IMG/VR virus record: IMGVR_UViG_3300022602_000027 | DNA length: 64,000 bases | Reading direction: 5' to 3' (one strand) | DNA from: a virus | Taxonomy: Duplodnaviria > Caudoviricetes | Shown here: piece after piece, positions 1-8,732 of the stretch | How positions within the stretch are numbered: the stretch's first letter is position 1 | Layout: every line of letters starts with the position of its first letter | Translations under genes and position numbers: made by a program | The notes under the pieces: model-generated | The model's database searches: none | Told to the model about the DNA's origin: nothing | Seen by the model: the letters and a program-made list of their open reading frames with translations, nothing else

Positions 1-320
1 ACTGTTTCACTATAAAAAATTTGCGCGGGCAATGCTGTGCCGCGATCAATTTGAAAACCTGCTTCATATGGTGATGTTGTAATACCATTAGTAAGCAAAC
101 CTGTATTAATTTCAAAAAATGGATCAGAAACTGTAGTAGTAGTTGATTCAATTGTAGTTGTTACACCTTTGACATCTAAGTTACCCCAAATAGTAACTTT
201 TCCATAATTGCTACCTGCACCTCTCCCTACTGCGGTACCGGTAGTATCAAAGATGATATTGCCGCCTGGCTTTACCTGTAGACTATAATCACCGTTGCTG
301 ACTTTTACAATTTTTGACAT
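1..320 (-). CDS. Virion structural/tail-fibre-like protein, 5' part (runs off window start; not in ORF track)
   Basis: ATG at 320-318 after AGGA; open to position 1: MSKIVKVSNGDYSLQVKPGGNIIFDT...GNLDVKGVTTTIESTTTTVSD...AGFQIDRG, a motif typical of phage fibre/structural proteins. Confidence 0.7.
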   Translation of the reverse strand, partial: MSKIVKVSNGDYSLQVKPGGNIIFDTTGTAVGRGAGSNYGKVTIWGNLDVKGVTTTIESTTTTVSDPFFEINTGLLTNGITTSPYEAGFQIDRGTALPAQIFYSET

Positions 321-342
321 TAGGAATCCTGTTAGGTTATCA

Positions 343-360
343 GGGGGAGTTTCCTCCCCC
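343..360 (-). other. GC-rich intergenic hairpin with GAAA tetraloop
   Basis: Minus strand GGGGGAG-GAAA-CTCCCCC; no U-tract, so more likely an mRNA stabilising/processing hairpin than a terminator. Confidence 0.6.
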
Positions 361-371
361 TTGATTAACTA

Positions 372-1898
372 TTAAGCGTTATCTAGTGTTACTGAAACGT
401 TAGCTGTTGGAGTTGTTAAATTCCATTGTGCCGCTTGTCCAGTAGTCCATTGTGTACCTGAAATTGGAGTTAAGTATGCCTTACGGTTTGTTAACTTAGA
501 TACAGCATAGATACCACCAGCACTATCAGTAGCAATGATTGCCATTTGACCTGCTGTCAAACTGCTTTCGCCAACTGCTGTTAATTTGCATAGTGTACCT
601 GGATAGCTTCCGCCTTGTTGAATAACACGGAATGTACGTGAACCTTCTTGTTTGATGATGTCACAATCGGTATACAATGTTCCGCCAATGTTAGCATTAG
701 CAATAATCTGCTCGTAACGTCCTGTGTAACCACTTGTTACTTGAGCTGCCAATGTAGCTGTAGCTGTAGCTGAACCAGAACTTACTGTTACAACTGGTGT
801 GTAACCAGCGATTGTAACTGCATCACTAACTGTGTAAGTGAATGTTAAGCTACCAAAACCGTTACCAGCAACAATTGCCAATGCACTTGTACCTGCAATA
901 GCGTTTGCTTGAGTTGCATATAATGTACCGCCAGTAGTTGTTAAACTTGGACCACCAATGTAATATACTGTACCAACTGTTGGAACTGATCCACCAATTG
1001 TACCTGTACCTGCGGCTGAACCACCAACTGTAATTGCTGTACCAACTGGTAAAGCTGTAGTTGTTGCTGTATAGCTAACTGTTGTACCTGTTGCATAAGC
1101 AAATGATGCTAGTGCGGCTGAGTTAGGTTGCGCTGTTGTTGATTGTAGTGTACCAACCCCTGCACCAGTAACTGAAGCACTTAATGTAACTACTTTAGTT
1201 GCTGTGTTAACAGATTTGATATAGTAACCTGTACCACCTGTCAAACCACCAATTGACTGATTTGGTGTAAACTTCATACCAACAACCATTTCATCAATTG
1301 AACTAACTGTAATGTTACCACTACCGTCAACTGCTGTGATGCTCATTGATTTTGTATCAGCTGAATCAATATAACCATCACCGCCATTGTTAGTTAATGA
1401 ATAACTTGTAATTGTGAATGATGTTAATGTGAATGTGGCGGCTACTGTAAATGTGCTACCTACCGCTGTCAATGCTGACGCACCCGATGTTGCACCAGTC
1501 CATGTACCGCCTGAAGTTACTGAGTTAACTGTTGTAATAACACCAGAACTGTTTGTTGTAACGTTTAGTACTGCTGTACCACCACCTTGAGCACCTGAAC
1601 CTGTTACTGAAACAGTAAATGTGCTTGAGTTTGGATAACCAGAACCGCCACTTGTTACGCTAGCCGCGGCCGCTGTTAATACTGCAACTGCTGTAGCTTG
1701 TACACCGTTAGCAAGTTGTGGACCAAAGATTGATAAACTTGGAGCACCAGATGTATAACCTGTTAGTGTACCGCCTGTTGCAAGACTTGCAATATTTGAA
1801 CCACCAATGCCGGCATCAACTGCGGCAGAGCGGCTATATGTACCTGATGCTGACGCATTACGTGAGCCAAAGTACTTTTTATTAAGAGGACGTCCCAT
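372..1898 (-). CDS. Virion structural protein (G/S/T-rich, beta-rich; possible head decoration or fibre)
   Basis: 508 aa, AAGGAG RBS, late promoter upstream, lies downstream of the major capsid gene. Confidence 0.7.
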   Translation of the reverse strand: MGRPLNKKYFGSRNASASGTYSRSAAVDAGIGGSNIASLATGGTLTGYTSGAPSLSIFGPQLANGVQATAVAVLTAAAASVTSGGSGYPNSSTFTVSVTGSGAQGGGTAVLNVTTNSSGVITTVNSVTSGGTWTGATSGASALTAVGSTFTVAATFTLTSFTITSYSLTNNGGDGYIDSADTKSMSITAVDGSGNITVSSIDEMVVGMKFTPNQSIGGLTGGTGYYIKSVNTATKVVTLSASVTGAGVGTLQSTTAQPNSAALASFAYATGTTVSYTATTTALPVGTAITVGGSAAGTGTIGGSVPTVGTVYYIGGPSLTTTGGTLYATQANAIAGTSALAIVAGNGFGSLTFTYTVSDAVTIAGYTPVVTVSSGSATATATLAAQVTSGYTGRYEQIIANANIGGTLYTDCDIIKQEGSRTFRVIQQGGSYPGTLCKLTAVGESSLTAGQMAIIATDSAGGIYAVSKLTNRKAYLTPISGTQWTTGQAAQWNLTTPTANVSVTLDNA

Positions 1899-1921
1899 TT
1901 TGTTTTCTCCTTATGAAAAAC

Positions 1922-1979
1922 ACGGCGTTCTAGGCCGTACGCAGTTGGATTTCTGCATAAAACTCACCCCATGTGAGTT
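1922..1979 (-). promoter_or_regulatory. Three-hairpin structured 5' leader
   Basis: Inverted repeats 1961-67/1973-79, 1938-44/1953-59 and 1922-26/1934-38 between the late promoter and the RBS. Confidence 0.55.
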
Positions 1980-1988
1980 GTTACTATG

Positions 1989-1996
1989 TATTTATG
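1989..1996 (-). promoter_or_regulatory. T4-type late promoter (CATAAATA)
   Basis: Close match to TATAAATA upstream of the 372..1898 gene. Confidence 0.6.
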
Positions 1997-2576
1997 CGTA
2001 TGTGATTCTTAAGCTAGCTTGATCTAAATAAGCTGTATCACTATGAGGGTAAATTACATTACTTTTAAAACTAACAACTACTCCAAAGGTAGGATCTGCT
2101 ACATTAGCGGCTGTGAGTGTTGTGCCCCATAGATCTGCAGGACCCCCATAGATACTAAGGTCTCCTACCGGATTTAACGGTTCAAGCAACTCCCCTGTGT
2201 ACATATCACTTTGTACTGGATTAATTGTACTAGCATAATTGTTACCAATTAGTTGTCCGTTAAGAGTTAATTGTATAATTAAATCTTCAATACGTGCTTG
2301 TCGTTGAATATTTAGTTGTAACTCAATACCAACTATAGTGCCACTAGAACTAGGAATTTTATAACCAGTACACCATAACTGACTTGTATTGCTTAAAAAC
2401 TTTTCCATCCATAGTCCGCTTACAGTATACAACGGTTTTTTACTTGTGGCATAAGCACCTGGTGCAAGTGCAATTGGATTATATTTCCAGTCTATACTAG
2501 GTATTCCTGTTATCTCATTAGGAATGTTAATATTAGATATAGAAGTTGGATCGTAAAATTTTGTAGTGGTCATCAT
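1992..2576 (-). CDS. Hypothetical virion-associated protein
   Basis: ORF 1992..2618; the 5' part overlaps the capsid terminator, so the real start is ATG 2576 or 2573, just after TTAAATA. Confidence 0.7.
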   Translation of the reverse strand: MMTTTKFYDPTSISNINIPNEITGIPSIDWKYNPIALAPGAYATSKKPLYTVSGLWMEKFLSNTSQLWCTGYKIPSSSGTIVGIELQLNIQRQARIEDLIIQLTLNGQLIGNNYASTINPVQSDMYTGELLEPLNPVGDLSIYGGPADLWGTTLTAANVADPTFGVVVSFKSNVIYPHSDTAYLDQASLRITYA

Positions 2577-2586
2577 ATATTTAACC

Positions 2587-2613
2587 AAAGAGAAAGGGCA
2601 CCGAAGTGCCCTT
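2587..2613 (-). terminator. Rho-independent terminator after major capsid gene
   Basis: AAGGGCAC-TTCG-GTGCCCTT (cUUCGg loop) followed by TCTCTTT. Confidence 0.85.
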
Positions 2614-2638
2614 GTCATTTACAAACTCTAGGTTTGAA

Positions 2639-3814
2639 TTAGCTGAACTTAACGTTAGCTGAAGTAATACCAACTAGACCTAGATAGTCAGCGGCGTTAC
2701 CTAGAGAAGATGCAGTATTTGACAACTCAACATAACCATAACGTGTCATGAATGATACGACTGGTTCAAATGTTGATGGGTCAAGAACAACACCACTGCT
2801 CATCAATGGAATGTATGGGCAATAGAATGCTGGAGCATCTGATTCACTAGCACCTTTGTATCCAATTAGGATAGATGCTGTATCTTGTGCATAGCTGTTA
2901 ACATACACTTTCATTGCATTGTTCAATGTACCAACAAACTTAGTGTTTGTAGGAGCTTCGAATGTGCCTTCTGTTGTACGTGCAAAAGCTGATGTTGTAG
3001 CACTTTGTAGGATGGTTAATGCAAATGGGCTAACCACTGCATAGTTACCAGCGCCACGACGTGTACGTTGTGCAATCAAGTTACTTACGCGGTTGATCAT
3101 AACAGCAAGAGCCGCATGTTCGTCACCAACGAATGTAGCAGTACCAGAAACTTGTGACTGATCATAAGTTTGTGTTGCTGTACCAGCTAAGTTTGTTAGA
3201 GATGCAATAATTTCTTGATCAATTTCAGCTGTGATTTCTTGAGCCAAAGCAGCCATAACTTCAGCTTCAACGTCAATACCTTGTTGGGCTTGTGCGTCTT
3301 GTGCTGACTCAAATGTCCAACGTGCAGACAATTTACGAGTTTTAGCTTCAACTGTTTGTTTCAAGATTTGAATGCTTAGACGGTTACCTGGTTGACCTTC
3401 TAAAGTCGCTGTTGAAGCGGCCTTAGCGGCTGCATCGTTAGCGTTACCAGAGTAACTAGCGGCAATCTTGAATGGGCTTAATGCCTCTTCACCTGCTAGA
3501 ACGTTCGCACCACTTGATGTATCGCTGTAGCGTACACGCAATGTGTGGATTTGTCCAACAGGGCCAGTCATTGGTTGTACACCAACCAACTCGTTAGCGA
3601 TAACGGTTGGCATAACACGACGGATCACTGGAAGGATCACGCGGTTTAAAGTTGCAACGTTGCCAGCAGAAGTAGCACCAGCAGTTGGGGATTCCATCAA
3701 ATACTTGCGAGTATTTTCAAGTGTTACACCCATTACTGATTTTTTTGTGCCTTGCAAGCCTTCTAATAGGGCTTCTTTGGTCTCTGCCCAACGTCCGTTT
3801 AATAGTTCTGACAT
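2639..3814 (-). CDS. gp23: Major capsid protein, T4 gp23-like
   Basis: Motifs RVILPVIRR, GVQPMTGPVGQIHTLR, VEAKTRKLSARWTFE, EITAEIDQEI, FYCPYIPL, FMTRYG; AGGAG RBS. Confidence 0.97.
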   Translation of the reverse strand: MSELLNGRWAETKEALLEGLQGTKKSVMGVTLENTRKYLMESPTAGATSAGNVATLNRVILPVIRRVMPTVIANELVGVQPMTGPVGQIHTLRVRYSDTSSGANVLAGEEALSPFKIAASYSGNANDAAAKAASTATLEGQPGNRLSIQILKQTVEAKTRKLSARWTFESAQDAQAQQGIDVEAEVMAALAQEITAEIDQEIIASLTNLAGTATQTYDQSQVSGTATFVGDEHAALAVMINRVSNLIAQRTRRGAGNYAVVSPFALTILQSATTSAFARTTEGTFEAPTNTKFVGTLNNAMKVYVNSYAQDTASILIGYKGASESDAPAFYCPYIPLMSSGVVLDPSTFEPVVSFMTRYGYVELSNTASSLGNAADYLGLVGITSANVKFS

Positions 3815-3826
3815 TTAAATTTCTCC

Positions 3827-4930
3827 TTAAAATTTTAGTCCAGCAAGACGACGTATATCTACGATATTGCTATCACTTGATACGCTCTCACTGCTATTTT
3901 GGTTGTTGGAAATCTTATTTCCTGTAACTTCTTTTGCCTCTACTAGTGCCTGTTTCTTCTGCGGAGCTTTGCCAGCAATAACGCTAGGCAAATACTTTTC
4001 AAAACTTTCGTTTAGACGTTCTGTTTTCACAGTCTCCATCAACTCGCTCATGATAGCTTTCTGCTCACTGTTAAGTGGGCTTAGTAACTCGCTCATGATT
4101 TGTTTTCTTGTTTGACTCTCTTTAAGAGCACGGATTTCAACTTCTTTACTTTCTAGGATTGCTTCAGCTTTGACAACTGCCTTTGCGGCTTCTTGCATTG
4201 CTTGATCTTTCAAGTCTATGACTTTGAGTAATTTTGCTGTTTCCGATTTTTCATTTAGGTATGATGACTGATATTCAGCGGCAAAAGCCTCGAATAACTT
4301 ACGTCCAAAGTCTTGACGACGAGCGGCTTCGATGTCTTCTTTTAATGTTGCCATTTCAGAACGTAGTCCTGATTCTACAACATTTTCAACCATCTTAGCG
4401 GCACGTTGAACAAATGCTTCTTTTACCTTCTTGATTTCTTGACGACCTTCGCGAACTAGGCGAACCTTAGTTTCTGCTAGGTCACGTTTATCTTGCGTAA
4501 ACTCTGTAATTTCTTGAGCTAGAGCCTCTACTACGAACTGTTCTAGTTTACCGAATTTGCTTGCCATTGTAACTTGATCTTCGTGCAACTCTTTTACTTC
4601 AGAAGCTAGTTGACGAACAACGAATTGCTTCATTGTTTCGGATACTTTCTTCTTTTCTTGAGCTAGCTTAACTTTCATTTCAGCTAATTGGGCACGATCA
4701 TCTGCGAACTCAACAATTTCAGCGGCTAGTTGTTCAGAGATCATACGATCTACTGCTTCAACCATCGTTGCTTTGTCATGTTCATATTTTTGCGCAAACT
4801 CTTCGCGTAGTTGTTGAGTAGCTTGTTCTTTTGCCTCGTTGATACGAGACTCGAACGCTTGCTCGATTGACTCTTTGATCTCCTCAGAAATCACATTGTT
4901 TTCAAATAAAGATTTTAGTGCATCCAACAT
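3827..4930 (-). CDS. gp22: Prohead scaffolding/core protein, gp22-like
   Basis: E/K/A-rich coiled coil lying between protease and capsid genes, as in T4. Confidence 0.85.
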   Translation of the reverse strand: MLDALKSLFENNVISEEIKESIEQAFESRINEAKEQATQQLREEFAQKYEHDKATMVEAVDRMISEQLAAEIVEFADDRAQLAEMKVKLAQEKKKVSETMKQFVVRQLASEVKELHEDQVTMASKFGKLEQFVVEALAQEITEFTQDKRDLAETKVRLVREGRQEIKKVKEAFVQRAAKMVENVVESGLRSEMATLKEDIEAARRQDFGRKLFEAFAAEYQSSYLNEKSETAKLLKVIDLKDQAMQEAAKAVVKAEAILESKEVEIRALKESQTRKQIMSELLSPLNSEQKAIMSELMETVKTERLNESFEKYLPSVIAGKAPQKKQALVEAKEVTGNKISNNQNSSESVSSDSNIVDIRRLAGLKF

Positions 4931-4943
4931 GTGATTCTCCTTA

Positions 4944-5579
4944 TTATTGGAGTTTGTTTATTATTGCTAATAAACTCTCTTTGAGATATTTTTGTGCTTT
5001 AGGATCTCCCTTAACCTCTTGCGCTATGCGTAAGGCATTTAATCCTCCCTTATTATTCATAAGGTGTTCATAAATTGGTGTGGGATATGCTCCAGGAGCA
5101 CTAGGTTGAGCTACCATATCTACTGTGATAATCTCAAAATCTGATACTTCACCGGATCCGTCATCTCTGACGTTTCCGGATCCGCGACTTGAAACACCTA
5201 ACTTAACTCCGCTTTCCAGCATTGTGCGAATTAGTTGTCCCATAGGGGTTGGTAAAATTTTCAATTTACCATAACCATTAGGACCGTCCATCCACATATT
5301 AACTATCATGTGGCTTACACGGTCCAGGTTAATTTTTAGATCATCTGGATGATCCACTTCTCCGAGAACTGAATAACCGTTTTGAATCTGATCGTTAAGG
5401 GTTTTGACAGCCTTGCCAATCTCGCTCACAGGGTACACACGCTGGTTTGCATTACGGATTCCTCCTTGGATGCAAATACCAGACATGTATAAATTTTTCC
5501 CGTCTTTGTCATCAGACTCAACGATCATTTTTGCTTCGTTGAAACTGAGATTCTCTCGGAGATATAACATATTTTTCAA
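4944..5579 (-). CDS. gp21: Prohead protease, gp21-like
   Basis: NANQRVYP, LGEVDHP (catalytic His), LGVSSRGSG (catalytic Ser), DMVAQPSAPGA. Confidence 0.95.
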   Translation of the reverse strand: MKNMLYLRENLSFNEAKMIVESDDKDGKNLYMSGICIQGGIRNANQRVYPVSEIGKAVKTLNDQIQNGYSVLGEVDHPDDLKINLDRVSHMIVNMWMDGPNGYGKLKILPTPMGQLIRTMLESGVKLGVSSRGSGNVRDDGSGEVSDFEIITVDMVAQPSAPGAYPTPIYEHLMNNKGGLNALRIAQEVKGDPKAQKYLKESLLAIINKLQ

Positions 5580-5592
5580 TGTTGTGTCCTAA

Positions 5593-6600
5593 TTAACGTA
5601 CACGCTTACTGATTAAAGACTTCGTGTTGCTTTCGCCACGTCCGCTTGAATCTTTAGCGCCTACTTGCTTACCTGGTTGATCAAAGCCAGACTGTGCATC
5701 AATACCGCCGCCTTTTACGCGAGTCTTGAAACCTGTCTTACCTGCATCAACACCTGGTGTATTTTGTACTTTACCAATCAATGGCTTAGTAGTTGGAGCT
5801 TCCAAACCACCTTTTGTTCCGCCAGCTTTAACACCTGCGTCACCGTGTACTTCAACATGGTTCTGAGCGATGTTAGCAGTTGTACCACCCATATCGTTCT
5901 TCATGTTGTCAATTAATGATTTTGTATTGCCAGAAGCTTTGTAGCTGCCGCCAGTACTTGCACCAACGTTTTGTAATTCTGTTGTATTAGCAATGTAAGC
6001 ACCTTGACCGTATGGTACACCAATCTTGTTAACGTATTCCATTAGTCCTGCTAATTCATCTGGACCAGCGCCGTCATGCTCTCCGCCATGCATTTCTGCA
6101 TCTAAATCGTGCATTGGTTCACCGTCGCCATGAATGCCTGGCTCGTTTTCTTCTTCGTGTTCTTCGCCTTGCAATAGTTGTTCAAACTCTGCTTTTAGGT
6201 CTTCTAGTGCGTCTTCTAGGTCCATAACGCGGTCTTCCATATCACCGCCTTCTTCGCCTTCGCCGTCTTCTTCGCCGCCGAATGGATCTTCTTCGCCGTC
6301 ATCTTCTGCGTCGTCTTCAGCGCCGTCATCTTCTGCGTCGTCTTCAGCGCCATCATCTTCCTCTTCTTCCTCTTCTTCCTCACCTTCTTCAGAAGATTTA
6401 GGTTCAAAACTTTCTTCTTCCTCTTCTTCCTCTTCTTTGTAAGGATTACCCTGATCTTGTTTAAAATCAGATTCTAATAATTCTTCGTAGATTTCTCGGC
6501 TTTTGCCTACTACGATATTGTGAAAAATCTCTTTTGCTGTTTCTTGATCTTCATTGATCAAAGCTTCAAGCATTGCTTCAAATTGAGCGCGGTCAGTCAT
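5593..6600 (-). CDS. Highly acidic prohead core/internal protein
   Basis: 335 aa with poly-E/D tracts; sits between portal and protease, where T4 has gp67/gp68. Confidence 0.65.
   Translation of the reverse strand: MTDRAQFEAMLEALINEDQETAKEIFHNIVVGKSREIYEELLESDFKQDQGNPYKEEEEEEEESFEPKSSEEGEEEEEEEEDDGAEDDAEDDGAEDDAEDDGEEDPFGGEEDGEGEEGGDMEDRVMDLEDALEDLKAEFEQLLQGEEHEEENEPGIHGDGEPMHDLDAEMHGGEHDGAGPDELAGLMEYVNKIGVPYGQGAYIANTTELQNVGASTGGSYKASGNTKSLIDNMKNDMGGTTANIAQNHVEVHGDAGVKAGGTKGGLEAPTTKPLIGKVQNTPGVDAGKTGFKTRVKGGGIDAQSGFDQPGKQVGAKDSSGRGESNTKSLISKRVR
6294..6360. repeat. 27-nt tandem repeat, about 2.5 copies (encodes DDGAEDDAE-type units)
   Basis: CGCCGTCATCTTCTGCGTCGTCTTCAG at 6294-6320 and 6321-6347, partial copy to 6360. 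Confidence 0.9.
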
Positions 6601-6709
6601 GTTGTGTTCTCCTGTGATTATAGATACAAGGCTGTAATATATTTACAAATTTATTAAAAAAGTAGGCGGATATGTGTCAAAAACGAGTCGTTTTGACAAT
6701 TTTTGATGA

Positions 6710-6958
6710 TTAAGCAGGAGCGCCAGCTTCCGGAGCAGGTGCCGCATACATTGCGGTTATGAATTCTAATTCTCTTTCTTGCTCTAAAATATGTGCTTCT
6801 GTGCTTTTTCTTAGTTCGTTTATTTGTCTAAGAGTTAATCTTGTTTTACGAGTGTCGTCGCGATGCAACATAGCGTTATCACGACCTGCATCGTAACGCA
6901 AGTCATTAGCCACGTGTCTCGTGTCAGGATCAATATAAAATAATTCTCTTAGGATCAT
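6710..6958 (-). CDS. Hypothetical head-module protein (MILRELFY...)
   Basis: 82 aa from ATG 6958, 4 nt after ATAAATA; the longer 7003 start overlaps the portal gene. Confidence 0.75.
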   Translation of the reverse strand: MILRELFYIDPDTRHVANDLRYDAGRDNAMLHRDDTRKTRLTLRQINELRKSTEAHILEQERELEFITAMYAAPAPEAGAPA

Positions 6959-6965
6959 ACTATAT

Positions 6966-8729
6966 TTATGCAACTGGACCCGCGGCGCCACCTGGAGGGC
7001 CACTAGGTGCGCCTGGAGTACCGCCTGGACTACCTGGAGCGCCAGCTTGTGCTTCTGGATTTTGCATATCTTCTGGTGCAGTCATATCAGCTGCCGCACC
7101 TAAATCGCCTTCAATACCGCTTGCAGATAATCCTGCTGAACGCATTTCACCGGCGGCATCAGTGCTTGTAGGTTGTCCTTTACCGTTTTCTTCGCCCCAT
7201 AAACGTTCATTTTCTGCAATCTCTTCATCAGTTAAACCAAGGAATCGTTTAACTGCAAAGCGTTTACTGATATAAGGAATAGCTTGTACTGTATTAAATG
7301 TATTGATACGCTCTGCATCAATAGCCGCTTGCTTGCTACTAGCAAAGTTCATTGGCGGATTAAATGTTAATTCAAACAAGCTAGGGTCAATGTTTACACC
7401 TTTGCTGTGCATGTATAACTTAAATTCTTCGTCAAATATTGTAGTAATTAGACTTTGTAAGCGTTCGCAATACTTGTTAAAACGCAGTTCTTGAATGTAT
7501 GCTGTACCAACACGACCGTCATTAAATTGATTTTGACTGTCTTCTGCACCAGTTGGCAAGTAGCTACTTGGAATACGCAAACCACGGAATAACTTGTTGG
7601 TAAAGTATTTTAAATCATCAATTTCACCAATGTTTTTACCACCTTCTAACATCTTAACGTCACTTCCTTGACCGTTAGCAGTCTTAGGAAAGAAGTAATC
7701 TTCGTTAATACTCAAAGGGTTATACGCAGAGTCTATGACATTTTGCCCGCCACCTGTTTGACTTGGGATTCTGCGCTGATGAATTTCATTTTTAACACGT
7801 TCTACGAATGCCATTGCCAAGTGACTTGGCATGTTACCAACGTCAATGGTAAACACTCTGCGCTCCGGTGCGCGGCTTATACGATAGATTAAAATAGCAT
7901 CTTCAAGCAATTCTTTTTGCTTGTATACTTTAAAAACGTTTTCTAATAAACTGTTACCAAATGGATAGTTATTGTCTAATCCTTCTGATAAACTTAGGTG
8001 TACTACGTGTTTAGCGTCAACTGCTGACTCTTTCTGATTAAGTCCAAAACGTGTTGCGTTACCGGCTGTAGGACCTTTGCTACCAGTTCCACCTGCTGAT
8101 CCACCACCACCATAGGCTCCGCCTGGAGTTTGCGAACCTTGGCCGCCTTGACGTGGGCCAACTTGTGGAGTAATCATAGTAGCAACTAGACTTTCAAAGT
8201 TAGGTGCTAGGTCTTTAATAATATACTGTTCTGGTTTCTTGCCTTCTGACTCGTTGACAATAATCTTAATCAACTGGGCAGGATCTACCCAAGACCACTT
8301 TTGATTTTCTGGATCACGAATAAAGAAAGCATCGCCGTATTTGAATACATTACGTACAATTTTAAAAATACGAGTGTCAAACTTTTGTAGTTTATTCCAT
8401 TGTTGCAAGTACTCGCCTAAGATTTTTACTTCAGCATTAGTGGCTTTACTGCGCCAGTGTACAGCAAATGGACTTTTACCATCTTTTAATTTTTGTGTGC
8501 AAAATTCTGCAAGAATATCCAGTGCCGCGTTAACTTCTGGATCACTATCCATAACTTCGTATTGACCGTAACGCTCAACACGATTTGGACTGCCGGTGTA
8601 AACATCTGGAAGATAGCTAGAATAATTAGTTCGAGCTGGGCCTGGGCGGGTACCATTAAACTGCCCATTGACTGGGCTGAGCATTTCGCCGTTAACTGGT
8701 ACTGGGGTAAAGTATTTTTTCCAACTCAT
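6966..8729 (-). CDS. gp20: Portal protein, T4 gp20-like
   Basis: LLEDAILIYRISRAPERRVFTIDVGNMP, EDYFFP, DDLKYFTNKLFRGLRIPSSYL, ELRFNKYCERLQ. Confidence 0.96.
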   Translation of the reverse strand: MSWKKYFTPVPVNGEMLSPVNGQFNGTRPGPARTNYSSYLPDVYTGSPNRVERYGQYEVMDSDPEVNAALDILAEFCTQKLKDGKSPFAVHWRSKATNAEVKILGEYLQQWNKLQKFDTRIFKIVRNVFKYGDAFFIRDPENQKWSWVDPAQLIKIIVNESEGKKPEQYIIKDLAPNFESLVATMITPQVGPRQGGQGSQTPGGAYGGGGSAGGTGSKGPTAGNATRFGLNQKESAVDAKHVVHLSLSEGLDNNYPFGNSLLENVFKVYKQKELLEDAILIYRISRAPERRVFTIDVGNMPSHLAMAFVERVKNEIHQRRIPSQTGGGQNVIDSAYNPLSINEDYFFPKTANGQGSDVKMLEGGKNIGEIDDLKYFTNKLFRGLRIPSSYLPTGAEDSQNQFNDGRVGTAYIQELRFNKYCERLQSLITTIFDEEFKLYMHSKGVNIDPSLFELTFNPPMNFASSKQAAIDAERINTFNTVQAIPYISKRFAVKRFLGLTDEEIAENERLWGEENGKGQPTSTDAAGEMRSAGLSASGIEGDLGAAADMTAPEDMQNPEAQAGAPGSPGGTPGAPSGPPGGAAGPVA

Positions 8730-8732
8730 CTG

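Noticed and set aside
6294-6360. CRISPR-like repeat
   Set aside because: Tandem with no spacers, in-frame within a CDS, no cas genes.
6675-6698. Inverted repeat TGTCAAAA...TTTTGACA as terminator
   Set aside because: AT-rich imperfect stem without a clear U-tract; function not supportable.
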